In this document: positions 1 through 16,360 of the stretch, piece by piece
Position numbering within the stretch: the stretch's first letter is position 1
Layout: each line of letters begins with the position of its first letter
Assembly (NCBI GenBank): GCA_964016885.1
Contig: OZ024741.1
Coordinates: 316,014,001-316,078,000, forward strand
Length of the DNA stretch: 64,000 bases
Direction: 5' to 3'
From: Eledone cirrhosa
Lineage: Eukaryota
Notes under the pieces: model-generated
Databases searched by the model: none
Seen by the model: the letters and a program-made list of their open reading frames with translations, nothing else
Told to the model about the DNA's origin: nothing
Program-made: the position numbers and the translations under genes

Positions 1-112
1 AGATATATTCTAAAAAAATATATATCTTATCTCAATTTACTTTATTTCATTTTATTTTATTTTATTTCATTTCATGTTATCTAATTTTATTTATTTACTT
101 ATTTAATTCCAT

Positions 113-143
<31 letters not shown>

Positions 144-144
144 C

Positions 145-180
<36 letters not shown>

Positions 181-990
181 ATTTAATTTTAATTTTAATT
201 TTAATTTTAATTTATTTATTTATTTAACTTTATTTATTTATTTATTTATTTATTTAATTACATTTAATTATATCTTATATTATATTATTTTAATTTAGTC
301 TATTTTATTTTATTTTAGTTTACCTTATTTTATCTTATTTTATGATTATATTATATTATGTTCTATTTTATATAATTTTAATTTTAATTTTATATTATTT
401 TATCTCATTCCTTACCCTGTATCACTATTATCTGTATATTTTATATTTTATATGTAAGTTTGTTATGTATTTCTTTATATTTTCTTATATATATTATAAG
501 TCTGTTTTTCACCTATTTTTTACCTACTCTTACCTAATCCTATCTATCTTATCTACTCTTGTCTGTTCTCTTATCCATGTGTATGCTTGTATGTAACTAT
601 ATGTTGACAGCACCCCGCCCAACTGTGACTGATAGCATCCCTTATTTTTCATTGTTTATTTTATTATCTTATTTTTATTTTTATTTTTATTTTTATTTTT
701 ATTCTTATCTTTATTTTTACTTTTACTTCCTTAATATCCTTTATCGTCTATTATTATTTTTCATTCTTCAATGTCTTGGATTTGTTATTGCTTGTATGGT
801 ATGTAATTAACCTTTATGCTCTGATGAGTCCCACTTATAGTGCGGATGTAACAATGTTAGCAAATAAAGATATGCATATGCTATAGGCGTTCTTTGTTAT
901 TTATTATATCACGGCTCTGTCCTCAGACATTGAGCTAACCTTATACTGCCTGCTGGATAAGTGGAGTGTTATACACCCCTGATCCTCTCC
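1..990 (+). mobile_element. 3' UTR/pLTR end of a Penelope-like element (coding part outside window)
   Basis: T-rich UTR like that of the PLE at 49284-54370; degenerate HHR at 817-862 followed by AATAAA; motif cggctctgt-N6-acattgagcta (912-937) shared with 49652-49677. Confidence 0.55.
817..862 (+). ncRNA. Degenerate type I hammerhead ribozyme
   Basis: tgct CTGATGA gtcc-cact tat agtg-c-ggat GTAA(for GAAA) c aat g TT agca; one core mutation. Confidence 0.55.
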
Positions 991-1554
991 CTAGTATACT
1001 ATATATATATATATGTATTTTTCATATATTTACCTAAACTGCGATTCTATGTTTCTCTCTTTCTCTCTTACTGCTCTCTCGTTCTCTCTGTTTCTCTTAC
1101 TTTCTTTCGTCCCCTCTGTCATGTCAGTTAACACTTTCTCTCTACTGACATCTTCCTCGCACTTCCACTCACTCACTCTCTGTTTCTCCCCTTCTTACTT
1201 CCTCCCGTCCTCTACGAACCCGATTTTCCTTCTTTCTCACATCGGATTCACTAGCGAAAGGTCTGTTTCTTACTCGCTCATGTATTCACCCTGCTTATGC
1301 TGACAGAATAACCATGTTGCTTGTGTTTCTTTCCATCTTCGGTTAGCTTTCCTCTGTGTTGTTTACTTGTTTCACTCGCTTTACGCGTTTCAATTGTCCC
1401 AATAACTTATTTTAGTTATTGTCGCACCAACATGAGGTATATGATTTTTAATGCGATGAAATACCAATGATCGTTGGCAAATCACTGATGAAGGACTCAT
1501 TTTATAACATGTAATCCATGTGCAACCATGCAGTATTCTTCTCCCAATATTTTT

Positions 1555-1626
1555 CATATATATATATGTATATGTATATATATATGTATATATATATATA
1601 TATGTATATATATATTTATATATATG

Positions 1627-1658
<32 letters not shown>

Positions 1659-1790
1659 AATATGTATATATATATTTATATATATGTATATATATATTTA
1701 TATATATGTATATATATATATAAATATGTATATATATATTTATATATATGGATATATATATATATATAAATATGTATATATATATTTATA

Positions 1791-1850
<60 letters not shown>

Positions 1851-2006
1851 TGTATATATATATTTATATATATGTATATGTATATATATATTTATATATA
1901 TGTATATATAAATATATATATATATAAATATGTATATATATATATAAATATGTATATATATATTTATATATATGTATAAATATGTATATATATATATATA
2001 AATATG
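1555..2006. repeat. (TA)n-rich compound microsatellite
   Basis: Direct reading; similar tracts at 3428-3890, 4250-4505, 8245-9960, 11396-11785, 12735-13400 and many shorter ones. Confidence 0.95.
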
Positions 2007-2730
2007 TAATAATAAAGAATTTATATCTAGTAACATTTATATACATACAGATGCATATCAATGCTAGCAAATACATAGGTTTTGTCTTAGTAACATTGTG
2101 GTTCAATGCATGGGGTTGCAGAACAATAATATGAGAGACGTAAGATAAGAAAATTATAAAATTATAAAAAAAATTATAAAATTGACTTACTTACTAAAAT
2201 ATCACTTCCAACTAATTAGTTTCTGGAATGGAGTAAATATATTTTCCGAAAAACATATAGAAAAGCATTCCGTCGTCAGGAAAGTCTCTTTTCATGTAAG
2301 TTTCCAGGCATAGCGAGGACTCTGGAAACTTATTAAAAAAATAATTCAGTGGAGAGGAAATAGCGAAGCGTGGACTGAAATCCTAGCCATTGAGAAAATC
2401 ACTGTCTCTACGTTCGTGGCAAATTCAAAAAGAATCAATCACGTGACATCGAGGTCAATCAGTGGAAAGCGAGTTGTTAATAAGACAGCGGCCTTCCTAC
2501 TACTATAGCAGCAGTCATGGCCAATATTGCTCCACAAATGAATTGGAGATAATAATAAAGAATTTATATCTAGTAACATTTATATACGCGGAATGCTTTT
2601 CTATATGTTCTTCGGAAAATATATTTACTCCATTCCAGAAACTAATTAGTTGGAAGTGATATTTTAGTAAGTAAGTCAATTTTAGAATTTTTTTATAATT
2701 TTATAATTTTCTTATCTTACGTCTCTCATA
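2007..2730 (-). mobile_element. Non-coding HHR-bearing repeat (family B) with inverted partial copy
   Basis: 2040-2375 is the reverse complement of 3891-4205; 2588-2728 is an inverted copy of 2133-2272; 2007-2042 is repeated at 2550-2586. Confidence 0.7.
2205..2284 (-). ncRNA. Type I hammerhead ribozyme, long stem II
   Basis: Reverse strand: ctttc CTGACGA c-ggaatg...cattcc-a GAAA ctaattag TT ggaag. Confidence 0.7.
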
Positions 2731-2764
2731 TATAAATATGTATATATATGTATATGTATATATG

Positions 2765-2825
<61 letters not shown>

Positions 2826-2867
2826 GTAAATGATTTGAACACAACTTTGATAATTGTATAATTTATT

Positions 2868-2920
<53 letters not shown>

Positions 2921-3078
2921 GTATATACATATATATATACATATATATATAGTTAACGAAGAAATGTGATAAGGAACCAGGTGGACCATAACGCACCAAA
3001 GAATATATATATATATATATACATATCGAATAAGGAAAAGCGAAGTAGTTTCAGATGTTCAAGTTCTTTAATAATAAT

Positions 3079-3152
3079 GCTGTGATATATATTTCAATGG
3101 CCACACTGGCCACACTGTTCTGTGTGGGAGTGTCGTGACATCATCAGACAGC
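3079..3152 (-). ncRNA. Type I hammerhead ribozyme (family C) in an inverted-repeat element 3023-3355
   Basis: Reverse strand: gctgt CTGATGA tgtcacgacact...agtgtggccatt GAAA tatata TC acagc; perfect 5-bp stem I; 3023-3108 is inverted at about 3270-3355. Confidence 0.7.
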
Positions 3153-3593
3153 TTGTTACATAATAAGGTTATGTTTCCGAGGCAATCCAAATTGAATCGA
3201 CAGGAGAACGGATGAAATGCGTGCTTTTGGGTTTATTACCCGTTCCTCTGTGAGTACCAATTCACCCCCCAGTGTCGCCATTGAAATATATATCACAGCA
3301 TTATTATTAAAGGACTTGAACATCTGAAACTACTTCGCTTTTCCTTATTCGATATTTACTCCGTCACTCCTATGTGGAAAAAGTACTTTGAGTGCTTGAA
3401 TTGAATTGCATCAATGTTTACCCTAATATATATATACATATATAAATACATATATATATATATGTACATATATATACATATATATATACATATATATACA
3501 TATATATACATATATATATCTGTATATATCTACATATATATACATATATATATATATACATATATATACATATATATACATATATACGTATAC

Positions 3594-3650
<57 letters not shown>

Positions 3651-3694
3651 CATATATATATATGTATATATATATATATGTATATATATAGATG

Positions 3695-3731
<37 letters not shown>

Positions 3732-3786
3732 GTATATACATATATATATATACATATGTATACGTATATATGTATACGTATATATG

Positions 3787-3893
<107 letters not shown>

Positions 3894-3980
3894 CACGCTT
3901 TGCTATTTTCTATCCACTGAATTATTTTTTAATAAGTTTCCAGAGTCCACGCTTTGCCTGGATACTTAGATGAGAATAGT

Positions 3981-4060
3981 CTTCCCTGACGACGGAATGA
4001 TTCTCTGTATTTTCTTCGGAAAATATATTTGTTCCATTCCAGAAACTAATTAGTTGGAAG
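3981..4060 (+). ncRNA. Type I hammerhead ribozyme (family B), stem II capped by C(UUCG)G
   Basis: cttcc CTGACGA c-ggaatg..tgtattttc TTCG gaaaatata..cattcc-a GAAA ctaattag TT ggaag. Confidence 0.75.
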
Positions 4061-4291
4061 TGATATTTTAGTAAGTAAGTTAATTTTATAATTTTCTTAC
4101 TTTACGTCTCTCATATTATTGTTCTGCAACCCCATGCATTGAACCACAAAGTTACTAAGACAAAACCTATATATTTGCTAGCATTGATATGCATCTGTAT
4201 ATAAAATTCTTGATATGCATCTGTATATAAAATTCTTATTTTACGTCTCTCGTATATATATATATGTATTATATATATGTATATATATATA

Positions 4292-4343
<52 letters not shown>

Positions 4344-4369
4344 CATATGTATATATATGTATATATATG

Positions 4370-4416
<47 letters not shown>

Positions 4417-4503
4417 GTATATATATATATGTATATATATATATGTATATATATATGTATATGTATATATATGTATATGTATATATATATATGTATATAT
4501 ATA

Positions 4504-5210
<707 letters not shown>

Positions 5211-5395
5211 AAGTTATATTTAAAATTGTTGGGTTACAACTAGTAAATATTTATAACTGATATAAAAGCACTCGAAAGATCTCTAGGATCTCGTCTCAAA
5301 AGATCTCTAGGATCTCGTCGAATAGAAAGATTTTTGACGAAAAGGCCCAATACTATAATGATGCACTAGCTAGGGCAGGGTATGCTGATAAGATT

Positions 5396-6190
5396 GTGTA
5401 CATAGATAATGATAAACAAACTAAACAAAGTAACAACTTTTTTAATGACGGCAACAACATTAACAACTATAATAGAAAGCATTACAATAATTCCAAAGGA
5501 CAAAAAAGAAATAGAACTAGGAACATAATTTGGTTTACCCCCCCTTTCTCACTAAACATTAAAACCCACATCGCTAAATTATTTTTCAAAGCTCTTGATA
5601 ATCGCTTCCCTAGAACACATAGGTACCACTCAATCTTCAATAGGCATACAATTAAATTAACCTACTCATCCACCAAAAATTTAGCACAAAATATTAATAG
5701 AATAAATAATAGGAACTTAAAACCTACTGATAATAGCATAAATAATATACAAGTTAACAAATGTAACTGTAGAGATAGATCTAAATGTCCGTTAAATAAC
5801 AACTGCTTAGTTAAAAATATAGTATACAATTGTAATGTTAATACTGACTCTAATTCTTTTAACTACGTCGGTTCCACATCGACGGAATTTAAACTTCGCT
5901 ATAATAACCACAAGAATTCTTTCACAGATCCAAATAAAAAATCTTCAACGGCACTATCAGGTGTACTCTGGCAACTTAAGCTAGATAACGTTAGATATTC
6001 GACGGCTTGGAATATAGTCTCAAGAGGGATTCCTTTTAATTCATCCTCTGAGACATGTGACCTCTGCGCAGAGGAGATATTCTTTATACTAAAATCTAAA
6101 AATTCCCTTAACCTACGGACAAATTTATTCAGTTGTTGCAAACATAGATTAAACTCAACGTTTAAATATAAATTTAAATTTAAAATGTAG
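5396..6190 (+). pseudogene. PLE C-terminal GIY-YIG endonuclease region
   Basis: GIY-YIG-like IVY/YVG motifs with conserved Arg; Cys-rich linker; no RT upstream. Confidence 0.85.
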
Positions 6191-7306
6191 TATATTTAGT
6201 TTGATTTATATTTATATGAGAACTAGCCGATAAATCTTTTGATTCCTAAATCTTTGATTCCCTCTTTTTACTCTTTTTATTGTTTATTTTATTTTATTTA
6301 TTTTTATTTTTATTTTTATTTTTATTTTTATCTAAACATTCCTCATGAAAAATTAAGCTACCCTAAAAGCCGATGCTCCAAATTTTTTGAATTAACCTTA
6401 CACTTGATAAACTTATATATTAAATATAGGAACATATGTAGACATTATTGGACATCATAATCTTTTTTTGCGATATTCCTTGCTAGATGTGATTTGATAG
6501 ATAATTTTTGGCTTTGTCTTGTAGTGAACTTGGCAATATATTGTCAATTAACTTTGAAGGGTTGTTCTTTGTGGTTTATTTTTATTTTTATTTTTATTTT
6601 TATTTTTATTTTTATTTTTATTTTTATTTTTATTCTTTTAGTATTGTAGTATTCTATAATATTTTTATTTTTTATTTTATTTTATTTTTATTTTTAATAT
6701 TTCTATATGTAAATTTTTATTTTTAATATTTTTATATGTAAAGTTTTAATACGTAATATTTTTAATACGTAGTATTTTTAATATGCAATATTTTTATTAT
6801 GTAATATTCTTTCGTAATATTCTTTTTTAGTTTTCTATTCTATATTTTTATATTTTTATATATTTTTACTTATTATCATTATTATTGTTATCTCTGCTTA
6901 TAATATAATATATATTTTCGATTAGTATATTGAAATCTGCTCTCTATTTCTGCTTGATAGATAATCTTGTAGAGTAATCGCAAGAATAATAATACGCTCA
7001 AATTTTTATACCACATTGAGAATGTTTTCCGGTAACTTTGAATTTGCGGAGTGAATCAGTTGGATTCACATAGACATATGAATTTTTTAAAAAACTAAAC
7101 ATAAGATAATGAATTTTCACGCATTGTGAATACTTGTTTCATTCAGGAATACTGATATTTACAATATAGTGTAAGTTTTATAAATACTAATACATTAAAA
7201 CATAGGGTTCTCTACGCCTCGAATATGTCTGGCTATTTTTAAATTTTTTCTCTCTCTATATCTCTCTATATCTCTCTATATATCTCCCTTACATTAATAC
7301 TTGAGC

Positions 7307-7341
<35 letters not shown>

Positions 7342-7717
7342 ATGCATCATTGATACACTTACTCAAAATGACCTCCCACTACCTAATTTTTCTATATCTA
7401 TATTTATATATGTATCTATCTCTACTTCCTCTCTCTCTATATATATATTTATATATCTCTTTCTGTCTCTTTACATGAAGCTCTTCGCTTTATCTATTTT
7501 TCCATCTCTCTATTTTGTCCCATGCATTTCTTCTTTTTCTTTTTCTTCTTTTTCTTCCTTTTCTTCATTTTGTCTTTCTTTCTTTCCTATTTCCCTCTTT
7601 TCTCTCTCTCTTTCTTTCTCTCTGTATTTTCACTGCTAGAGTGAACCTCTTCAAATGAAGTTGATGTTTATTACGGTATGTCGAATATATTTATCTATAA
7701 AACTGTTTATATTGTAT

Positions 7718-7777
7718 TTTGTCTGATGAAGGCATAGCATATTGTTAATATGATATCCCCGAAATATATATAATGAA
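7718..7777 (+). ncRNA. Type I hammerhead ribozyme (family E), partly decayed stems
   Basis: tttgt CTGATGA agg..catatt gtt aatatg..cc GAAA tatata TA atgaa, followed by AATAAA. Confidence 0.6.
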
Positions 7778-7818
7778 ATAAATATGGTTTTATAAATATA
7801 GTTTTCCATTTACTTAAT

Positions 7819-7860
<42 letters not shown>

Positions 7861-7868
<8 letters not shown>

Positions 7869-8244
7869 TACACACATATACATACAGGTACACATACATA
7901 TATGCACGTATCAGTTTAGCAGACGCTTATTATAATGCCGCTTTGTTCGTTTGTAAACAAACAAACAAACAAGCTTGAAACTAGTACATCGTTCCTGTGT
8001 CAGTGTTGAACAAAAAGGTGACGTGGTTGCCTTAACACCGTACGGCATAAAAATTCAGGCTGTTCAGTTTGTTTACAAACGAACAAAGCGGCGTTATAAT
8101 AAGCGTCTGCTAAACTGATACCTGCATATATGTATGTGTACCTGTATGTATATGTGTGTATATATGTATATATATATGTATATATGTGCATGCTACTGTA
8201 CGTCTGTATACATATATGTATGTACGTATACACACATACTTATA

Positions 8245-8245
<1 letters not shown>
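7861..8245. mobile_element. Family D fragments in inverted arrangement
   Basis: 7861-7960 matches 4720-4820 in the same sense; 7970-8245 is the reverse complement and begins inside HHR stem II (aagcttGAAActagTAcatcg). Confidence 0.75.
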
Positions 8246-11395
<3,150 letters not shown>

Positions 11396-11451
11396 ATATG
11401 TATATATATATATATATATATATACATACATATATATAGATATAGATATAT

Positions 11452-11534
<83 letters not shown>

Positions 11535-11672
11535 TACATATATATATATACATATATACATATATATATACATATATACATATATATACATATATACATA
11601 TATATACATATATACATGTATATACATATATACATATATATATATATATACAATATATACATATATATATAC

Positions 11673-11705
<33 letters not shown>

Positions 11706-11751
11706 CATATATACATTCATATATATATACATACATACATATATATATACA

Positions 11752-11787
<36 letters not shown>

Positions 11788-11877
11788 AACGAGTAGGACC
11801 CCCACTACCCTAAGTATTGACTACTTTGGTGCGTTATGGTCCACCTGGTTCCTTACCACATTTCCTTCGTGATATAC

Positions 11878-11925
<48 letters not shown>

Positions 11926-11928
<3 letters not shown>

Positions 11929-12736
11929 ACGATAAATTAAGGGAGGCATAGTCCCTCGCTATTCCCTGTAAATAATGTGCTCAAAGGAGAAGAAATCCTG
12001 AGCTCTTAAAAATATAATATGTTGAGAAGGTAACACACCAGAGAGAGATATACAGTGCGCTATCAATAAAACAGGGAAAAAAAACCACCGGTGTATGGAA
12101 TCTATAACCTATGAAAGGCAGACTATACATACGATAATTAAAAATATAAATTAAAGCGTAAATAAATACCTCTATAACTATATAACACACGTACAAATCC
12201 AAAGATACTAATCCAAAGATATGTTTCACCAGTAATTTGTTGAAAGAAATGGGTTAGTCCCGGTTCATCAGCGTGTGTAAGGCTATACATTTCAAACAAC
12301 ACTAAGAGAATTTTAAAATTGACTGTCCAGCTACACGTGGGAGAGAGAAGTCACAGCGTGTTTAAGGGCAGTGAACCAGTGGCCTCTGAGGGACGAACTG
12401 TTAGAAAGGGCAGCCTAAAACCACTCAGAGAAGTGTGCTCAACCAAACAGAGTTATGAAAGACTGTTATTAGGAGCGAAATATCACGATAAATTAACGGA
12501 GGCATAGGCACTCGCTATTCCCTGTAAATAATGTGCTCAAAGGAGAAGAAATCCTGAGCTCTTTAAAATACAATATGTTGAAAAGGTAACACACCAGAGA
12601 GAAATATACAGTGCGCTATCAATAAAACAGGGGAAAAACCACCAGTGTATGGAATTTATAACCTAGTTTTTCCCTGTTTTATTGATAGCACACTGTATAT
12701 CTCTCTCTGGTGTGTTACCTTTTCAACATATTGTAC
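11926..12736 (-). mobile_element. HHR-bearing non-coding repeat (family F): 1.3 tandem units (period 556 bp) plus terminal inverted segment
   Basis: cacgataaattaa..gaggcatag at 11928 and 12484; 12665-12735 inverts 12568-12638; flanked by (TA)n. Confidence 0.8.
12185..12278 (-). ncRNA. Type I hammerhead ribozyme (family F)
   Basis: Reverse strand: acacacg CTGATGA accgg...ctggt GAAA catatc...gatttg TA cgtgtgt; 7-bp perfect stem I. Confidence 0.85.
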
Positions 12737-12752
12737 ATACATATATATATAG

Positions 12753-12783
<31 letters not shown>

Positions 12784-12796
12784 AATATACATACAT

Positions 12797-12854
<58 letters not shown>

Positions 12855-12954
12855 ATATATATATATATACATATAAATATATATATATACATATATATAT
12901 ACCCACATATATATACACACATAAATATATATATATATATACATATATATATAC

Positions 12955-13021
<67 letters not shown>

Positions 13022-13047
13022 CATATATATATATATACATACATATA

Positions 13048-13083
<36 letters not shown>

Positions 13084-13400
13084 CATACATACATATATAT
13101 ATATACATACATATATATATATATAAATATATATACATATATATATATATATATACATACATATATATATATATATAAATATATATACATATATATATAT
13201 ATACATACATATATATATATATATAAATATATATACATATATATATATATATATACATACATAAATATATACATATATATAATACATATATATGCATATA
13301 TATATATATATATATATATACAAACATATATATATATACATTTATATATATATACATATATATATATATATACATACATATATATATATACATACATATA

Positions 13401-14590
13401 TCTACCCAGAGAGGGTAGATCAACCACCAGTCACATCCTGATGCTGAGGAGGATATTAGAGGGAGCTAGAGCAACGTGCCTTCCTGCGGTCATGGTTTTC
13501 ATTGACTTTAGGAAGGCCTTTGATTCTGTGGACTGTTACTGCCTGATGAAGGTCTTACAGGCTTATGGAATCCCCAAGAAGATAGTGGACCTGATAACAC
13601 TGCTCTACACCAACACCAAAGCCCAAGTCATTACACCTGATGGGATGACAGAGTTCTTTGAGATACTGGCTGGAGTGCTCCAGGGAGATACATTGGCTCC
13701 CTACCTTTTTATTATCGTAGTGGACTATTGTATGCGCCTTGCACTAGAGAAACACCAGGACTCTGGCTTTACTGTAGCACCGGCTCAGAGCAGGAGAGTT
13801 AGGGCGAAAAAGGTATCGGATGCTGAATTTGGCGACGACATAGTTTTGGTGACAAATACAGTGAAGGAGGCAGAGGATTTGATGCGGGAGGTTGAGACTG
13901 TGTCGATGAGTGTGGGGCTGAGAATGAATGAGACTAAAACAAAATATCTGGTAGAGAATGTTGAGAAGCCAGAGGGGATCACTAATGTAGGCGGGGAGCC
14001 GCAGAATTGGTTGAGGACTTCCTGTATTTGGGAGCAAAGATTGGGAATACGGAAGATGATGTGGTTGAGAGGAAGAGCAAGGCCTGGGCGGCGTGCCACA
14101 GCTTGAGATCGGTGTGGAAGTCGGACCTTCGTAGAGACCTGAAAATCCGCCTCTTCATTGCTGTAGTGGAGTCTCTGCTGCTGTATGGGTCTGAGACTTG
14201 GACACTGACCAAGAAACTCACTCAGATGGTGGATGGGTGCTACACGAGAATATTGAGGATGGCTCTGAACATTAATCAGTATACACTGAGGATGAAAAAC
14301 TCAGAGCTGTATGGGAGCATCCCAAAAGTCAGCTCAAAAGTGACACAGAGGAGACTGAGGTTAGCTGGACATGCTCACCGACATCCAGAATTGACATTGC
14401 ACTCAGTACTCCTTTGGGAGCCCCTACATGGACACACTAGAAGAGGAAGACCAAGGTTAACGTATGTTGATGCCCTAAGGACAGACACTGGTCTGTTGGA
14501 GATACAGAACATGGCAGCGATAATGAGGGACAGAGACCGCTGGAGAGAACTCGTCCATGGATCTCGGGAACTTTACCCGCCTTAGATATA
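13401..14590 (+). mobile_element. 5'-truncated RTE-like LINE (RT and C-terminus, frameshift near 14000)
   Basis: [61 protein letters not shown]. Confidence 0.9.
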
Positions 14591-14591
14591 C

Positions 14592-14634
<43 letters not shown>

Positions 14635-14852
14635 TACATATATATATATTTACATACATATATATATTTACATACATATATATATATACATATATATATA
14701 TACATACATACATATATATATATATATATTTACATACATATATATATATATATACATACATATATATATATAGTTACATACATATATATATATATATATA
14801 CATACATATATATATATATTTACATACATATATATATATATATATACATACA

Positions 14853-14890
<38 letters not shown>

Positions 14891-14891
<1 letters not shown>

Positions 14892-15253
14892 CAATAATAT
14901 TATTAAATGGAAACTATCTTTATAAAACCATATTTATTTTATTATATATATTATATTATATATATTTCAAGGCTACCAAAATGTTGGTACGCTCTCATCA
15001 GATAAAATAGAAAAGTTGTTTTACAGATAGTGACATATTCAAAACTAGAACTTAACGTTTTGAGTTCTGTTTGAACTCTATTCAAACAGATCTCTAAACG
15101 TTAATTTCTAGTTTTGAATATGTCACTATCTGTAAAACAACTTTTCTATTTTATCTGATCAGAGCGTACCAAAATTTTGGTACCCTTGAAATATATATAA
15201 TAAAATAAATATGGTTTATAAAGATAGTTTCCATTTATTAATATTGTTGATAT
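14891..15253. repeat. About 360-bp palindrome of family E, with HHRs at 14951-15005 (minus) and 15149-15205 (plus, G8C mutated)
   Basis: Centre tctgtttgaa-ctcta-ttcaaacaga (15066-15090); minus arm ttat CTGATGA gagcgtacca..tggtagcctt GAAA tatatata TA ataa. Confidence 0.8.
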
Positions 15254-15338
15254 TATACTCCAGAAGAATCTTTTATAAACTAAATTTGTTGAATAAATCA
15301 ACAAATTAAATAACTCATTGATTATATATATATGCATG

Positions 15339-15454
<116 letters not shown>

Positions 15455-15493
15455 AAATAGAAAACAATCAAATTTTAGTTTAATACATTTAAT

Positions 15494-15540
15494 TGCTGCC
15501 AATTGTTTCTTCCAGACGAATGTCTGATTTCATCGGAGCA
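15494..15540 (-). ncRNA. Degenerate hammerhead ribozyme at the PLE 3' end
   Basis: Reverse strand: tgct CCGATGA aa-tcagac attc gtctgg-aa GAAA caattg GC agca then ATTAAA; two core mutations. Confidence 0.5.
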
Positions 15541-16194
15541 TACAAAATGTTTAAACAAATAATTATAATCCAAGTCTTCAGAACATTGATAAAGATACAT
15601 AACTATTGACAGTGTCGGTGATATCATATTGAAAAGCAGGAGTTACAAAAAGATGTAATGTTACAGATATTACAGTATAAGGAGCAATAGTGAAAAGTGA
15701 AATATTGAGCATATTATATATAAAGATATTCTTTAAGGTAATAGATGTGCAAAAGATACCAAGTAAAAAGGTGTTAGAGATGATAGATAAAAGATATCAT
15801 AGCATTGAAAAGAAGGTAATGTTGGGTGTAAAGTAAATGTAATGTACTTTGAATGTTTTTAATATTAGTTGTAATGTGCTTGAGATGTGTACAGTTTAAA
15901 AATATGTGTGCAGTAAAGATTAATTACACTGTATTACTTGCCATGTTAATATAGGAAATATATTATACAATGCATTCCTATCTTTAAATTTTCTGTTAAG
16001 AAATAATTCACTTTGCTTTATGTGCAAGTTCTATTAAGAATTATTACAAGAAGTCTAATTTGTAAAAATGTCGTTAAATTGCTTTAACGTTATGAATTTA
16101 GAAAAATAGGGGAAGCGATATTCATAAGGGGAGTTAATAACAAAGAGGTAATTAAGGAAGTATTAAGGTTGACAATATAAGAATTGTTGACAAT

Positions 16195-16360
16195 AGAGAG
16201 TCGGAGGCCATGCTTTCCAGCATAATTACGTCCCTTTACGGTCTGAGTTCAAATCCCGCCGAGGTTAACTTTGCCTTTCATCCTTACGGGGTCGATAAAA
16301 TAAAGTACCAGTAATGTACTGAGTAATTGCTGGCCTTGTGCCAAAAGTAGAAACAATTAT
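16195..16360 (+). mobile_element. tRNA-derived SINE inserted in PLE 3' UTR
   Basis: B-box GAGTTCAAATCCC followed by core ttgcctttcatccttacggggtcgataaaataaagtaccag; many copies in window. Confidence 0.85.

Larger units (their letters stand above)
5211..7822 (+). mobile_element. 5'-truncated Penelope-like element (thumb end, linker, GIY-YIG, long 3' UTR, terminal HHR)
   Basis: ORF 5396-6190 has WFTPPFS, CNCRxxxxCPLxxxCL, IVY...YVGST..FKLRYNNHK and CDLC; HHR at 7718-7777 is probably its 3' end. Confidence 0.8.

Noticed and set aside
1481-1540. CTGATGA motif
   Set aside because: No GAAA, stem III or stem I in register
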